DNA of 64,000 bases from the human T2T-CHM13v2.0 reference genome, Homo sapiens, in NCBI RefSeq assembly GCF_009914755.1, contig NC_060946.1; one strand, written 5' to 3'. A model generated the notes under the pieces. That model saw nothing but the letters and a program-made list of their open reading frames with translations, did no database searches and was not told the origin of the DNA. Position 1 is the first letter of the stretch, and every line of letters begins with the position of its first letter. The translations under genes and the position numbers were made by a program. This document shows positions 41,852 through 58,600 of this stretch, one piece after another.

Positions 41852-42673
41852 ATAATGTTTAATTTATAAATTAGGCACAGTTAAGAGACGAACAGCAATA
41901 ATTAATAATACAATATAAAATAAAACAATTACAACAATATATCATAACAGAAGTTATATGATGGTGACCTCTCTGTCTCCTTTTCTTTCAAAATCTATTA
42001 ATATTTTTAGACTGTGGTTGACCACAGGTAACTGAAACTGCGCTAAGTGGACTACTGTAGCGCTGAAAAGGTTTGTAACAGCAAAAAACAGCAGTCCTCC
42101 CCCATCCCTCCCGCCCCCCCATCCCACAGGTAATCCCACCCACTCGGCAATTGCTCCCTCAGTTAAGCTCTTTCTCGCTAAATATCATATTGATTTTTTT
42201 ATGTCTTAATCCCTCAATTTTACCCATTATCTACTGACTCCTCTTACAGTACAGGAGAAGTTTACATTTCTTACGCACTCTCACCCCTTCTCCCCATCTT
42301 CTCAATATGAGTTTCGGTTAAATGCATATCCAGTGTTCCCATGATTAATGCAATGTAAATATTATTTCCTGCTCAGCCAGGAGTTCATAATTGCTTCGTT
42401 TTTTGGTTTTTAAAAATATCTTCGATTTCTTGGACTAAGCATTTCCACACGTTCCTATAGCTTCGTAAAAACCACACAGTGGAGTTTCCAGAGTCCAGCC
42501 TCAGGGACGATTTCGTCCTGGAGACTGACGAGCTCCTCTTATCTGGGCCAGCTGCCCCTTGGGCCTGTGCGCAGCTGACATCCCGAGATTCTCTCTCCAT
42601 TGTTGTTTGGGGATTCCCTTCAGCTTTTTCCTGTATGAATCCAGTTCCTTAGATTCCATGTCTTCCTTTTTGA

Positions 42674-43054
<381 letters not shown>

Positions 43055-43589
43055 TAACTTTCAGAGAAGGTGTGCATGTTTCAAAATAGTGAATTCCCCT
43101 CTCACACATGTTGATAGGTAGGCTAGGTATAGAATTTGAGATTGAGAATGACTCTGACTCAGCTGATGGAAGGCGTCTGTCGGTGTCTCTAGCTTCCAGC
43201 ACAATTCTTAATCCCAATCCATTGTGTAACTTAAGCTAATTTTTTTTATTATTATTCTGGAATCTTCTAGGATCTTTGCTTTATCCTTAAATTTCTGAAA
43301 ATTTTATAACAAGATTTGATTCTTTTTTCATTTGTCTTCGGGGGCACCAAGTAGCCTTTTAATCTGAAGATTTGTGTTCTTCAGTTCTGAGACACATTTT
43401 TCTGTTATTTCCTTCTGTAACTCCTATTATATTTGAATATTGGGTCTCCTGGATGAAATCTTTATTCTTCTTGTTGCTCATCTTTATAATTTTGTTCTAC
43501 TTCCTGGGAGGTTTAAAAAAATCTGTTTTTCTCTTCCAGTCCCTCTTTTTTTAAATCAACCTATTTTTCATTTCCAAGAGCTCTCTCCT

Positions 43590-43925
<336 letters not shown>

Positions 43926-44196
43926 AGCTCTCTCCTGATTTCTGCCTGCTCTTTGCTATGGCATTCTGTACTCATTTGTGGATATATGTTTCCTTATCTC
44001 TTCAAGGATGGCAATGATGGTTTTGTCAAAATTTTCTTCTGCTCACTGCATCATCTTTATTGCTTACTGATATTCCTTTTCTTCTACTTGTTTGATTGGG
44101 TCTCTTTCATTTATCATTTGGGGCAATGCTATCATTAGAGCCTTCTTCAACCAGTCATCCTGTGTTAGCCACTCCTGTTTCAGAATGAGGCATTAA

Positions 44197-44417
44197 GCCC
44201 GGGCATGGTGGCTCACACCTGTAATCCCAGCACTTTGGGAAGCTAAGGCAGGAGGATCACCTGGGGTGGGAGTTCGAGACCAGCCTGACCAACGTGGAGA
44301 AACCCCATCTCTACTAAAAATACAAAATTAGCCTGGCGTGGTGGCGCATGCCTGTAATCCCAGCTACTCAGGAGGCTGAGGCAAGAGAATCGCTTGAACC
44401 CAGGAGGTGGAGGTTGT
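44197..44417 (+). mobile_element. 3'-truncated Alu
   Basis: Forward Alu ending abruptly at GGAGGTTG with no poly(A). Confidence 0.9.
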
Positions 44418-46242
44418 CATCCCAGTAGCCACAGCAAGTCACATGGCCAAGCCCAGCATCAGGGGAGAGGGGAAACACGCCCCTCCCATAGAGGGTGTGT
44501 CAATCTCTCTCTGGAGCATGGTAGGAGTGATGGGTAGGGAGGGTAGGAGTGGAGGAGTGATTATTTGCAAGGCATCATCGAATTGACAACATCTCCAAAA
44601 GCATTGTGGTGCCTCACCCCCAATCTGCCCTGTAGCGAATGTCTCTGGGTCCAGAGAACTCTGGCTGAATACTCCTTGCTGGGGTTAGGGAGGGGTGGGT
44701 GCCTGACCACGTAATGGAAAAGAGAAGACCTGGGGTGGTGCTGGGGGATCTCACTCCTCCTAAGCAGACTTCCACACAACCCCTGTTTTCAGCCTCCTGC
44801 CTCACCATCCATGATGTCTGGGTTCCCTAATTCTAAGCCTCCCCAGGGTTCTGCAAGACCAGGTGATTTGCATCTTTTCTGTCTCCAAAGCCCCTACTCC
44901 ACCCCACCATGTAGCAGCAGGCACTTAGGTTTGCCTTCCTCAGCTCTGTTCAATCATTTACCACCCTCCATCTGCTCTTGCTGCTCATACATTGTGGTTT
45001 GGGGTTACAGGTGTCTCCTGGCTTCTTTGAAGGTGGGAGTTTGTGTTTCTGTTTCTTGTTCTCCTTCTTGTCGTGGCTGCTTTTCAGCGAGGAGGCGGGG
45101 GTGGAAACATCTCTACCCTAGCGCCTTGAGACGAGAGTCTCTTCCTTTCTGTATTGAATATATTTCTGTGATCTGTGGATCAAGCCACATGGTGGATGTC
45201 TATTTACACGTCTGTCTCTCCCACTGGCTTCTGAGCTGCTGGTGAGCAAGGGGCTGTGCCTCACCCCTCTCTGCACCTCCAGCTCCTGCCACAGCTTGGT
45301 GTGAAGCACATAGTTAATAGGTGGGAACTGTATTGATTGAATTTTGGATTCTGCAAAAAACTGCTCATTTTACCTTCCTTGAGGTCCTCTCCGGAAGCCT
45401 TCTAGGGATATCCTGGATCTGCCTCTCCCTCTCCGGGACCTGTCCTGCTCTGCCTCCCATATCATGTGAGAGCTGGATGGAGTCAGATGTCCCCAAATGT
45501 CAGTATCTCTCTGGAGCGTGGTAGGAATGGTGGGTAGAGAGGAGAGGTCAGAGATCGGAGGAGCAGATAACGAAGAGTCTAGACTCCAAAAAGTCAAGGT
45601 TTCAGTATCAGTACCTGTGTCACAAACCACCCCAAAATGTAGTGGCTTACAATAGCCATGTTATTATCCCTCATGATTCTGTGGGTTGGCTGGGCTCATT
45701 CAGGCCATTCTTTTTCTTTGATGGTGGCTGACTGCGAGTCACCTGGAGACTCAGCTAGGCCGGCACATCCAGGTCAGCTCTTGTACATGGCTGGCACCTG
45801 GCTGGGGTGGTTGGAGGCTGGGCTCAGCTGGGTCGCTGGCATGGTTCAGTCTCTCTATTTTCATTAAAGTCCATTCTTTCACCCACTTACTCATTTGTAC
45901 AAATAACATTCATTCTGCATGGATTAGGTGGCCAGGACTCACTAGGGCCTTAGTGTAAAACAAAACACGCAGGTCCTTCTGTGTGTTTGAGCTTACAGTC
46001 TAGACGGGAAGCACTTTTTGAATAAATACACCTATTTAATAAACAATTATAAACAGTGATGAAGACTGTTCTTCAACAGAGGCACCAAGAGAGAAGCAGG
46101 AGGAGGAGGTGATCGAGATTGAGTGTGGGGTGATTGTGGAGGAAGATCTGGGAGAGTAGGTGCTATGTGTGGAAGGAGCGGCTTGAGCAAGGGTCCCAAG
46201 GTAGAAGGGGCCTGGCACACAGTGAAAATCCTGGGAGCAGCC

Positions 46243-46937
<695 letters not shown>

Positions 46938-47209
46938 CAGCCCTTGTGGCTGGAGCTTTGCAAGGAAAGGGAAGATAGTGCCAAGTGAGATCTGGAGGTA
47001 GAAACTGACAACATCCTATAGGCCTTGTAGGTGAGGGAGGAGGTTTCGTGCCAAATGTCCAGAGATACCACTGGACGGTGTTATACAAGGGAGTGGTCTG
47101 ATCTGATTGGTAGTTTAACGCGATCACTCTGGCCACTCCGTGGAGATAAACCATGGCCAAGGGCAAGAGTGAAAACAAGAAGGCCAGTCAGGAGGTGTGA
47201 GCATTAGGA

Positions 47210-47640
47210 TTGGTGCTCAGTTGGTGCTCAGCAAATATTTCCTTTCCTCCAAGTCTGGGAAGAGTTCCTGTCCCTGCCCCATTGGTGGTGTTGGGCTCGG
47301 CCATGTGAAGCATGAGCAGAGGCCTTAAACACCTCATGGTTTGGCTTGGCTTCTCATGCTCCTGTGATCCACAATGAGAAGGACATGCCCCAGGGAATGC
47401 TGGTCTAAGGAGGATGAGAGACAGGTGGAGCCGACCCACACACACCCACAGCCAGGACCGAGACCACCCATCCCCAGCCCGAAGCCAAGTCACCAGCCAA
47501 ACCCTCCTAAGTCAGCAGACCCACTGTCCACCTACAACTAGTGAGTGTGAGAATACAGGCCTGCTGCTTCTTGCCTCTGGATTTCAAGGCAGTTTGGTTT
47601 GTTACACAGCATTATTGTACCAATTGCTGACTATGACAGG
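47210..47640 (+). mobile_element. old MLT1 LTR
   Basis: AAGGACATGCCCCAGG...GTTTGTTACACAGCATTATTGTACCAATTGCTGACTA. Confidence 0.6.
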
Positions 47641-48776
47641 AGGCTACCACAGGGAGGATACAGTGCTGGTTTGGACATTAGAAACCATGACAATGCAGAG
47701 AAGGGGGGCACTGAGGAGATTGTCGGTGATGGGTTGGAAGTGGAAGGTGAGGGAGAAGGTGTCAAGGAGGACTCCCAGGTTTTTGATTTGAGAGCCTGGA
47801 TGCATTTACTGAGTGATGAAGGCTGGGCGGGGCGTGTGAGTTTGAAATGCTCAGGAGACATCCAAGCAGAAGGGCCATTTCCTGGGGCTCTCTGCTGGCT
47901 GGACAGCCTCCCCACTGGCCTGTGAGCTCCTGAGAGCGGGCTCATGCTTGACCCACCCCCAAGCCTTGGGCTTGACACACGGTCTCAATAACTATTTGCT
48001 GAAGGATTCGATGATTGAATAAGTCTGTGGTTCTATCAGCATTTTTGACTGCACAGTTGTTTGTAAACGAGGAAAATCCCCAGGCCACCTGGTGGCAAAT
48101 GGAGTAGAGGCAGAGAGAGGGAAGACAGGAGGCCAGTGAGGAGGCTGTGGCTACTGTCCAGGGGAGACATGGCAGGGGTTAGGTTAGGGAGCAGCCGTGG
48201 GGACAAGGGGTGGATTTAATAGACAGAGGCTGAATTGTCCAAGCTTGGTGGCCAGTGAATGCCAGGGTGAAAGGATCGGAGGAGTATGGGGGACCCCAGG
48301 CCTCCGCTTTGAAGAAGGGACAAGGAACAGCCAGTCTCTAGAATAGAAAGCACCAGATGAAGTGGCCTTGTCTGGCAGGCACTTTCCTCAACCACCAGGC
48401 CATGATTTCATTGCAAGAAGGGGCGAAGTGAGGCATGGAACCTGCTGCCAGCCCAGGCCTGGCACTAGGTGGGCACTTGGGAGGGGTTGTTGTCACATGA
48501 AAGAGCAAACCATGGTGTCAGCTCCTGCCCACAACCGGCAGGTCTTCCTGTTTCAAAACAGGTTCTCACTGACTTCCCATAAGCTTTCTCTTTCCTATAT
48601 GAGGGGCCTCCATCCTCAGCCAATTTGCAGAGCAGAAACAAGTGGCTCACCCCACTTGGAGTGGCTGCTGGGAACAGTTATACAGTGGGAAGAGCACTGC
48701 GCTAGGAGTCCTACCGCTTCAGTGACAAATGCTGTCAGCTTACCGTAACAAAAGGTGTGACCAACAGTGACATTAA

Positions 48777-49276
<500 letters not shown>

Positions 49277-50764
49277 TGGGCCTGTCATTTTTTTAAGGAA
49301 GAAAACAACTTTCACAGAAGCCATCTCTCCCGCTGACTTTCATTCACATCGGCTTCTCGGCCAGAACTATGTGGCCTGAAAACCCCAGCGACAAAACCAG
49401 CTGGAAAAACAAGTATTTTGTCGGTGTTAGGTACGGTGCTGCTATGCACAAAACTAGGATTCTGTTAGCAAGGAGGGTGGGAACAGAGGGAGAGGGTGGG
49501 AAAGGACAGTGTCTGCCTTGTCAATTTGAGCCAAACCTGTGCCCTCCCGCATCCTCATCTCCTCTTCTGCAAACCGTGGCTAAGAGTACCTATCTTGGAA
49601 GGCTATTAGAACATTAAATGAGATAATATGTGCATGGGAGCCAAGACAATGAGTAAAGGAAGTTATTTACTGACATTATTATCGTATAGAAGCAAAGATT
49701 GTCTCTACTGGGGTCGACCTAACGGGCTGAACACACATGGAAGGAGATCCGGGCCCACCTTTGCCCTGCAGGGAAGTTCCAGGAGCAAAGGAAAGGGGTC
49801 CAGTATGTTCAAAGGCCTGGAATGAAAGAAGCATGAATGTGGAGTGGAAGAAATGACAGTCCAGTCTGATGGTAGAGGCACGAGTGCAATAAGAGTGGGA
49901 GGCAGAGGATGGCCAGACCTTCAGGGCCATGGTTTGTTGCGGAGGCTCTGGAGTTTATCCCAAGGCTCTGTGAAGAGGAGGGAGCAGAAAGAGGCTCCCT
50001 CAGACTCTGGCCAACCTCAGGGGGTGCCTCAGGGATCTTAGACATCGAACATACTAGGGAGTGGGGTCCTGGCCGCCTGCATCTGTATGGTGCCATGGAT
50101 GGGTGGGGTTTAGTATTTCCTTTCTGTTTCAGAAGAGAAGTAACTTTGAAAACATCATGACTTTGTCTGAGCTGAAACTAAGAAAAGCAAAGGGGTTTCC
50201 CCTCTGCACCTAATCCCTTTTAAGGGGGGCTCCCAGGAGGTGAGTGAGCTGGAGGGGGTCCTGCCTCAGAACATGGGGACTAATGGGGATAGTGGGGTTG
50301 GCTGGGAGCTCTGGGAAAGCACAATGTGGAAACTCAAGCATTTCATGGGCTGGAAATTGGGGTCTTCTGCGTTGTCAGGGGCAGCCTCTTAGATCTCTTA
50401 GCCTCTCTAGAGTGTCAGCCTCCTGAGGGCAGGGACTTCTGAGCACTGCTGGATCCCTGGCACCTAGAACAGTGCCAGGCACAGAAGAGGTGCTCAATAA
50501 ATGTGTGTTTGATGAATGAGTGAGAAGTTGAGATAGAGGAGAGTAATTGTCCGCAGGAGGGGGAGGTCTGGCACCTCCACAGAACTTAGCAAGTCCTGAG
50601 GTGGGACTGACTGTGCAGGCACTGTTGTGCCCATGTCGGAACTTCTTAAATCCTCACAACAACCCCGCCTCTCTTTTAAAGAAACTCCCCTTTGCTTATC
50701 ACCTTCGGGGTCCAGCATTGTTTCATGTCACTGCTGAAATGAACACTTTCCCATGACCTCCAGT

Positions 50765-51298
50765 AGTGGAGGTTGAGGGTTTCTCGCCCAAATTCCCAAA
50801 TTCCCGCCAGGCTCTCAGCCCACTTTGGAACTCACCCTCCCCCCCAGTACACACACTTTCGCTGGGGTTGCCACAGTTCTGTTCCAGCATGGCATATGGT
50901 CCATGCCTGGCCAGTCAGAGCACAGCACTGCACCACTCTGACAAATATGATTGGTTAAAAGGGGGCCCAGGACCTAAGCTGGTCCAATCACAGTAAATCT
51001 TAGTTAGAACTTTGCCTGGGATAGACATTTGCTCTTTTTGGCTGAACTTGAACTTGGAAGGATGAGGCCCTGAACTTGAACTTGGGAGGATGAAGCCCTA
51101 AGTCGCCTGCCTGAGAATGAACCAGCCAGCAGAAGGCAGAGCCCAGAGCTAAACAAGCCTCGATGACATCATTTGAATCCCTTGATCAAGCTGCACCTGA
51201 AATCACGATATCTCCAAACTTGAATCAATAAATTTATTTTCTGCTTAAGCAGGTTGAGTTGGGTTTTCTATTTGCAATAGCAAAAGTCCTGACTGGCA
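50765..51298 (+). mobile_element. MLT1 (K/L-like) LTR overlapping the RAC2 3' end in antisense
   Basis: GATTGGTT..GACCTAAGCTGGTCCAATCA; MLT1 3' end CAATAAAT...GCTTAAGC..TTGAGTTGGGTTTTCT..TTGCAA..AAAAGTCCTGACT. Confidence 0.75.
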
Positions 51299-51989
51299 AG
51301 GTTTAAAAGTTTGAAGACTCTCACAGGTAAGTGCAGCTCAGGATCCTGTGAGTGGAGCAGAAAGTCTTAAGAAATGGCAGGGGCTGGTTGAACCCAGATT
51401 TTCCATTGGCTGAGCAGATATCCCCAGAGGCGTAGAAAATTAAATTTGTTTTATGTTGTTCCAAAAGAGGAGAACTGAGGCCAGAGGAGCACACTTCTGA
51501 GACACTCATTTTTGCTGGGTAGAGGAACTCTCTGGCAAGCAGGACCATCGATATTAGAGCAGCTGGCCTCAGGAGGGAGTAAGAGCCCCATCCCTGAAGG
51601 TACACAAGTTGTGGCAGCAACCATCTGGCCTGCAGTTTCCAGAGGGGAGTCAGGCGTGGGGTGGGACTGGAGTGAACGGGTAGATGCTTCCACATGCGGC
51701 AGTTGGCACTGACGGCAGGAACACGGGGGTGGCTTAATGGGTCCTGGGGCTCCCCTCTGGCCCTCAGGAAGGCAGGAGCATGAGGGGCTTGGGATGCAGC
51801 ACCTGCAAATTTGCACGTTCCTGGCCTCAGGAGGCCTCCAGTACAGAAAAGACCATCAACGAAGCTCTGCAGCCATCTGCTAAGAAACGCCACAGGGAGG
51901 GGACAGCATGGCCAGCCGGGGTGCCATCAGGCTTTGGGTGGGGATCCTGGAGGATCAGACCCATCTAGGTGGGAGCGCTGGGGTGCAAC
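51210..51989 (-). other. RAC2: RAC2 terminal, entirely non-coding exon 7 (3' UTR); 3' end approximate
   Basis: Acceptor CTTCCTTCCAG|GTTGCACC at 51990/51989; AATAAA on minus strand at 51233-51238. Confidence 0.85.
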
Positions 51990-52622
51990 CTGGAAGGAAG
52001 ATAAGCAGGGAAAGAGAATTTGGGGACATGCAGAATCCACAGCTCTCGCCTTCCTGGCTCACAGCTCATTCCCACCTCCAGGTCTTTGCTCAAGGTTTGA
52101 CTCCCACCAGGACTGCCAATGCTGCTCTCCCCACCTCACCAGTCCTCTCTGTCCTTCTGGTCCCACACCTCCAGGAGGCCTTGTGGGCTGCCTCCAACTC
52201 ACTGACCCCACCATCTGCCCCCTGGGGATCATAGCTCAGGCTCTCCCACCTCCACCCACATATGTGGGTGCAGGATCTCCCTGGCTCGACTGGGCTCTCC
52301 TAGGGCCAGGGACCAAGGCATCTTTTCCATCACCTCCTGCAGGAATGGGCAGAGTGGGGCTCCGTGACACCCACTCCCTGGCCCGGGGGTGGGGGGTTAC
52401 CAGGCATTCATTCATACCTTGGGCCTTGCCTCTGGAAGATGAGCTCCAGAGAGTGAGACTGGCCCAGGCAGATGACAAGTAGGCTGCGGAAACTGAGGCA
52501 ACCTCCATACCCACCTTCTTTCTGTCCTGGCCTAAATGCCACTCACAGTGAACCAAAGGCCACTGCTCAGCCAGGGCCTGCTGTGTATGGGAGTTGGGCA
52601 CTAGAGTGGGGGACTCTTACCC

Positions 52623-54205
<1,583 letters not shown>

Positions 54206-57200
54206 TGAACACCAGGCTCTGGGGGCCGCCATCCAGTCCCAGTGGGGTCACCTGGAGGCTGTGTCACCAGGAGCAAGGAGTTTAACGTCACCGTGCCTCA
54301 GTTTCCTCATGTCTGTAATAGCGAGCGTGAACTCAGTGAGAGACTAAGGCCTCCAGGGCAGGTCTGTGTCTTTCTTGGACACATAGCCCTTAGTCCGTGG
54401 AAGGAGGGCGGGAATTTTGATGCTTTTCTGTGAAGGAAAGGGCTCAAGCATCAGTGACCAAATCTCTGGGAGCCTCACCTTCTAGAAAATTGTCTTGCCC
54501 ATCCCTCCAGGATTCTCCCAGGGTTGCAAATAATCCCCAGGAGGCCTGAAGCCCTCAGGGCCCCCTCCCCAGGAACTTCCCAACATCATCAGCCCCTTCC
54601 TTAGCACCGTCCCTGTCTTACAGACAAGGAAACTGAGGCTCCTGGAGAGTATGCGACTCATCCAAACTCACACGCTGGATGTATTCCCTCAACCTGGGCC
54701 CAGCTGGGGGCCTTCTGGGAGGAGTGGCATTGGAGAGCTCCTCTGTCCTGCCATGGGAGGCCCAGCCTTCTCCCACATGAAGACCCCTCAGGGCTAGAGC
54801 CCGGGGCACAGATGAGGAGAAAGGCAGGCCTAGTTCCCACCCCCAGGGACGGCGTTCCATGACATTCTGCAAAGAGTCCGTGTGACTTCCCATGTCCATT
54901 TCAAGCTGCACAGTTTCCCTGAAGTGAAAAACCACAAAACCCCTTCTGCCGAGATGCTATGCAGGCCTGGGGGCCGATGTCAGAACCAAGAGGAAGGAGA
55001 AGGGAGGGGAGGGGAACTCTGGGCCCTCCGCCAAAGCCCGCTTGCTTCTCTGTGGCAGGATGGAAGGGGATGGACGCTGGTCACCACCTACCCTGTGCCA
55101 GGCACTGAGCTGGGTGCTTCCAACAACACCGGGGTGAGTTCCCATTTCACAGACCAGGAAACAGGCCCAGAGTGGGGAAGCCAAGGCCCGAAGGCACAGA
55201 GCTGGGGGGAGAAGTCGGGATGGCAGGAGGGGCAGCCCCTGGAACAGGGGAGCCCACTGAGGCCAGGTGCTGGGGAGAAAGGAAGGGTGGGGCAGGGACG
55301 AGGAGCCTGAGGCTCAGAGAGGATGTCACTCGCTCTGAGTCACATGCTGGGCGTCTCCCCTCTACCTGGAGGCATATACGCCCACCAGGGATCATGGGCA
55401 GTGGTTGTCATGGGGCTTGGCTGGCAAGAGCAGGGTGCCCTGGGCTCAGCCCGGAGTCTGGTCACCACAGCCCCCTGTGTTGAGGAGGTGTCACTGGGCA
55501 CTTGGCCACTGTCTCCTTATAAGGGACCACATCTGCGTCCACTTCCCCCACATCCACCAACTGCCTTTTCCCTGGCACCCAGCCACCCACTCACCCAGGA
55601 CAAGGGTCCTGAGCTGGGGGGCCAGGGCTCACTTTGGCTCGGCCTCTCACTGCTCTAGGACTTTAGTCAGTTCCCCCTCTCCGGGCCTCAGTCTCCCATC
55701 TGTCTAGGACTCATTGCCATGCGATGGCTCATCAAGCTGAGGCAGGGGCAGGGGAGCTACAGAGAGGGCAAGGAGGGTGAGGGGGCGGTGGGGGCAGTGG
55801 AGGTGCAGGGAGGACAGATGGCCCTCAGCTTTGTGGCTTAGGGAGCCAGTCCACCCCTGTCGGAATCCTGGCTGGGTGGCCTTAAGCCAGCAACATGTCC
55901 CCCCGAGCCTGTTTCCTCTCTGTAAAGTGAAGGTGACAAGAGCTCTTCGTCATAGCTGCTGTGAGAATGAAGTGGCTCCCAGGAAGTGCTCAGTCCACAT
56001 CAGCTGTGATTATCAGCTGGGCTCAGGGCTGCCCCCAAAACTTGTCATCCCAGGGCTGGGGAGTCCAGGTGGGCAGAGGCAGTTGCTGCTTCCCTCACTA
56101 TCCCTGCCAGTCCCCCCAGGACTCCCCCTAGGCCTAAGCTGGTCTGAGGCACAGTTAAAATCACTGCCCCTGCCCCAGCTCCATGCAGGGTCAGCCAGGA
56201 AAGACTGGCTAGAGGCCAAGGCAAGAACTCTGAGTCACCACCTTATGGAGGAGAGAGGGCCTTTGGGGATTGTCCAGGTCAGCTTATGTGGAGAGGGAGA
56301 CTGAGGCCCAGAGAGGGGCAGCCACTAACCCAAGGTCACACAGCCAATCAGTATCAGAGCCAGGACCAGAATCCAGGCCTCCAGCACCCTCCACATGATC
56401 CCAAAGCATGTGCTTTACAAGGGAGAGGTCAGTGACAGCCAGGCCACAGGCTGGAGAGCTGCACCCTGAATAGAAGGAGTCCAGGGGCAGGGGTTGGAGG
56501 GGTGCTGGTTGGTCAGAAAGAGAAGGCAGGGATGAATCCTTGATGTTTAAAAGGAAAGACTTGCAGGCTGGGGAGCTGTGGCCCTAGGACAGGGGAAGGG
56601 AGCCAGGGTGTGAGCCATAGTCTGAGGCCCCCGGGGAAGATGGCTGTGTCACCACGCTAGTCACAGAAGGAGGGAGGTGGTGGCTGCGGTTTCTCTTCCT
56701 GTGAAGAGATGTGAGTCCCCAGGGCCCTCCCAGTTCCGGCAGGGGGAGGTGGGGCGGGGCTGGGGCGGTGGGGCGGGAGGAGGTCTAGTGGATTCAATTT
56801 GGGGGCCAAACCCTGGGCCTGCAGAGTCCTGTGGTGAGGCAGAGGGCACAGCTCATATGACCAAACCCAGCTGGTGGTTTTGGGCTTTTGGGCAAGGATC
56901 CCTGAGCTACAGACACATTGGGACCTACCAGGGACAGGGACAGGAACAGCCAGCAGGCCTGGGTACCATGCATGAAGCCAGACCCATGGTCATCGCCTCC
57001 CTGATGCAGGCAGCCCTGAGCCACTACAAAGAAGCACCCCCCAGCAGTGAGCCAATAATTTGCTGTCCTTCCTTCAAATCTGGCTGGGCCACCTACTAGC
57101 TGGGTGACCTTGAGAAGTTACTATATTTCTCCAGCCCAGTGATTTGGAGGCAAAGAGGGGTCGAGCTGAGAAACCAAAGGGAGTGGGGAAAGGGAGGAGA

Positions 57201-57713
57201 GAAGGTGGTGGAAGGAAATGTGTCACCCTTTAGATCTAATGCAGCGCCACCTCCTCCAGGAAGCCTTCCCAGAACACCCAAGTTTGACTTGCCACTTGTC
57301 CTCCAAGCAACCACAGCACCCCCACTCAATCTCTGCTTCTGTCTGCTCAAAGCACACCTCCTTATTTTCAGTATCTATTAATAGATACTACTCATACTAC
57401 TAGGACGACTACTACTAACACAGAGTGCTTCTCACACACAGGTGCTGCCCTGGCAGCTCCACCTGGAATAAGTTACTGAATTCCCCCAACCACCCCAGGA
57501 GGCAGGAGCTATCACTATCCCATGCTTTTCTGATAAGGAAACACAGGCAGAGAGAGGCTACGTGACTCGCCCAAGGTCACACAGCAAGTGCACAGCACAG
57601 CTGAGTTCAAACTGCACAGCCTGGCCCTGCAGCCCGTGTTTACAATCACACCACGAGGCCAAGTCAGGGCCTCCCCCGCAGCCAGATCCCCCCTCTGAGC
57701 CCGAGGCCCATAC

Positions 57714-57873
57714 CAATCTCCTTGGCCAGTGCCAGGCCCTGCGGGTAGGTGATGGGAGCCAGCTTCTTCTCCTTCAGTTTCTCGATGGTGTCCTTGTCGT
57801 CCCGCAGGTCCAGCTTGGTGCCCACCAGGATGATGGGTGTGCTGGGGCAGTGGTGCCGCACTTCTGGGAACCA
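57714..57873 (-). CDS. RAC2: Rac2 exon 5
   Basis: [53 protein letters not shown]; AG/GT flanks; 160 nt. Confidence 0.98.
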
Positions 57874-58345
57874 CTGGGCAGGTGGGTGGGGGGACACAAG
57901 GTTGTATGGGTCAAGAGGGGGCGCGAGGCTGTGCGGGGATCAGAGGGAGTGTGAGGGTGTAGGGAGAGGAGAGGCAGCAAGTTGCCAGAAGATCAGAGGT
58001 GGGCACGACGGTGAGGAGAGAGAGACGTGAGGTGGCACAGGGAGGGGAGGCCACGACGTTGTGCAGGAAGGAGGGGGCGCATGATTGTAGGAAAGGAGGA
58101 GGCGAGGTTTTGTGCAGACATAAGAAGCAAACATGAGGTTATGTGACAATCGGAGGCGGACATGAGGTTGTGTGGGGAGGAGGAGAATGCAGCCATGGAA
58201 AGTGGGGGTATAGCTAACTATCGCAGCACCCCCCACCCCAGGTCCTCTGAATCTTACCCCCTCAAGTCCCTCTGCCAGCCCTGGTTGACACTGGGGACCC
58301 TCTCTGTATGCGACCTCTGCTGCCCCAGGGACCAGCCTAGAGTCA

Positions 58346-58600
<255 letters not shown>

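Noticed and set aside
51321-51893. 190-aa ORF in the RAC2 3' UTR
   Set aside because: Non-ATG start, no recognisable domain, downstream of the real stop; would need ribosome-profiling evidence
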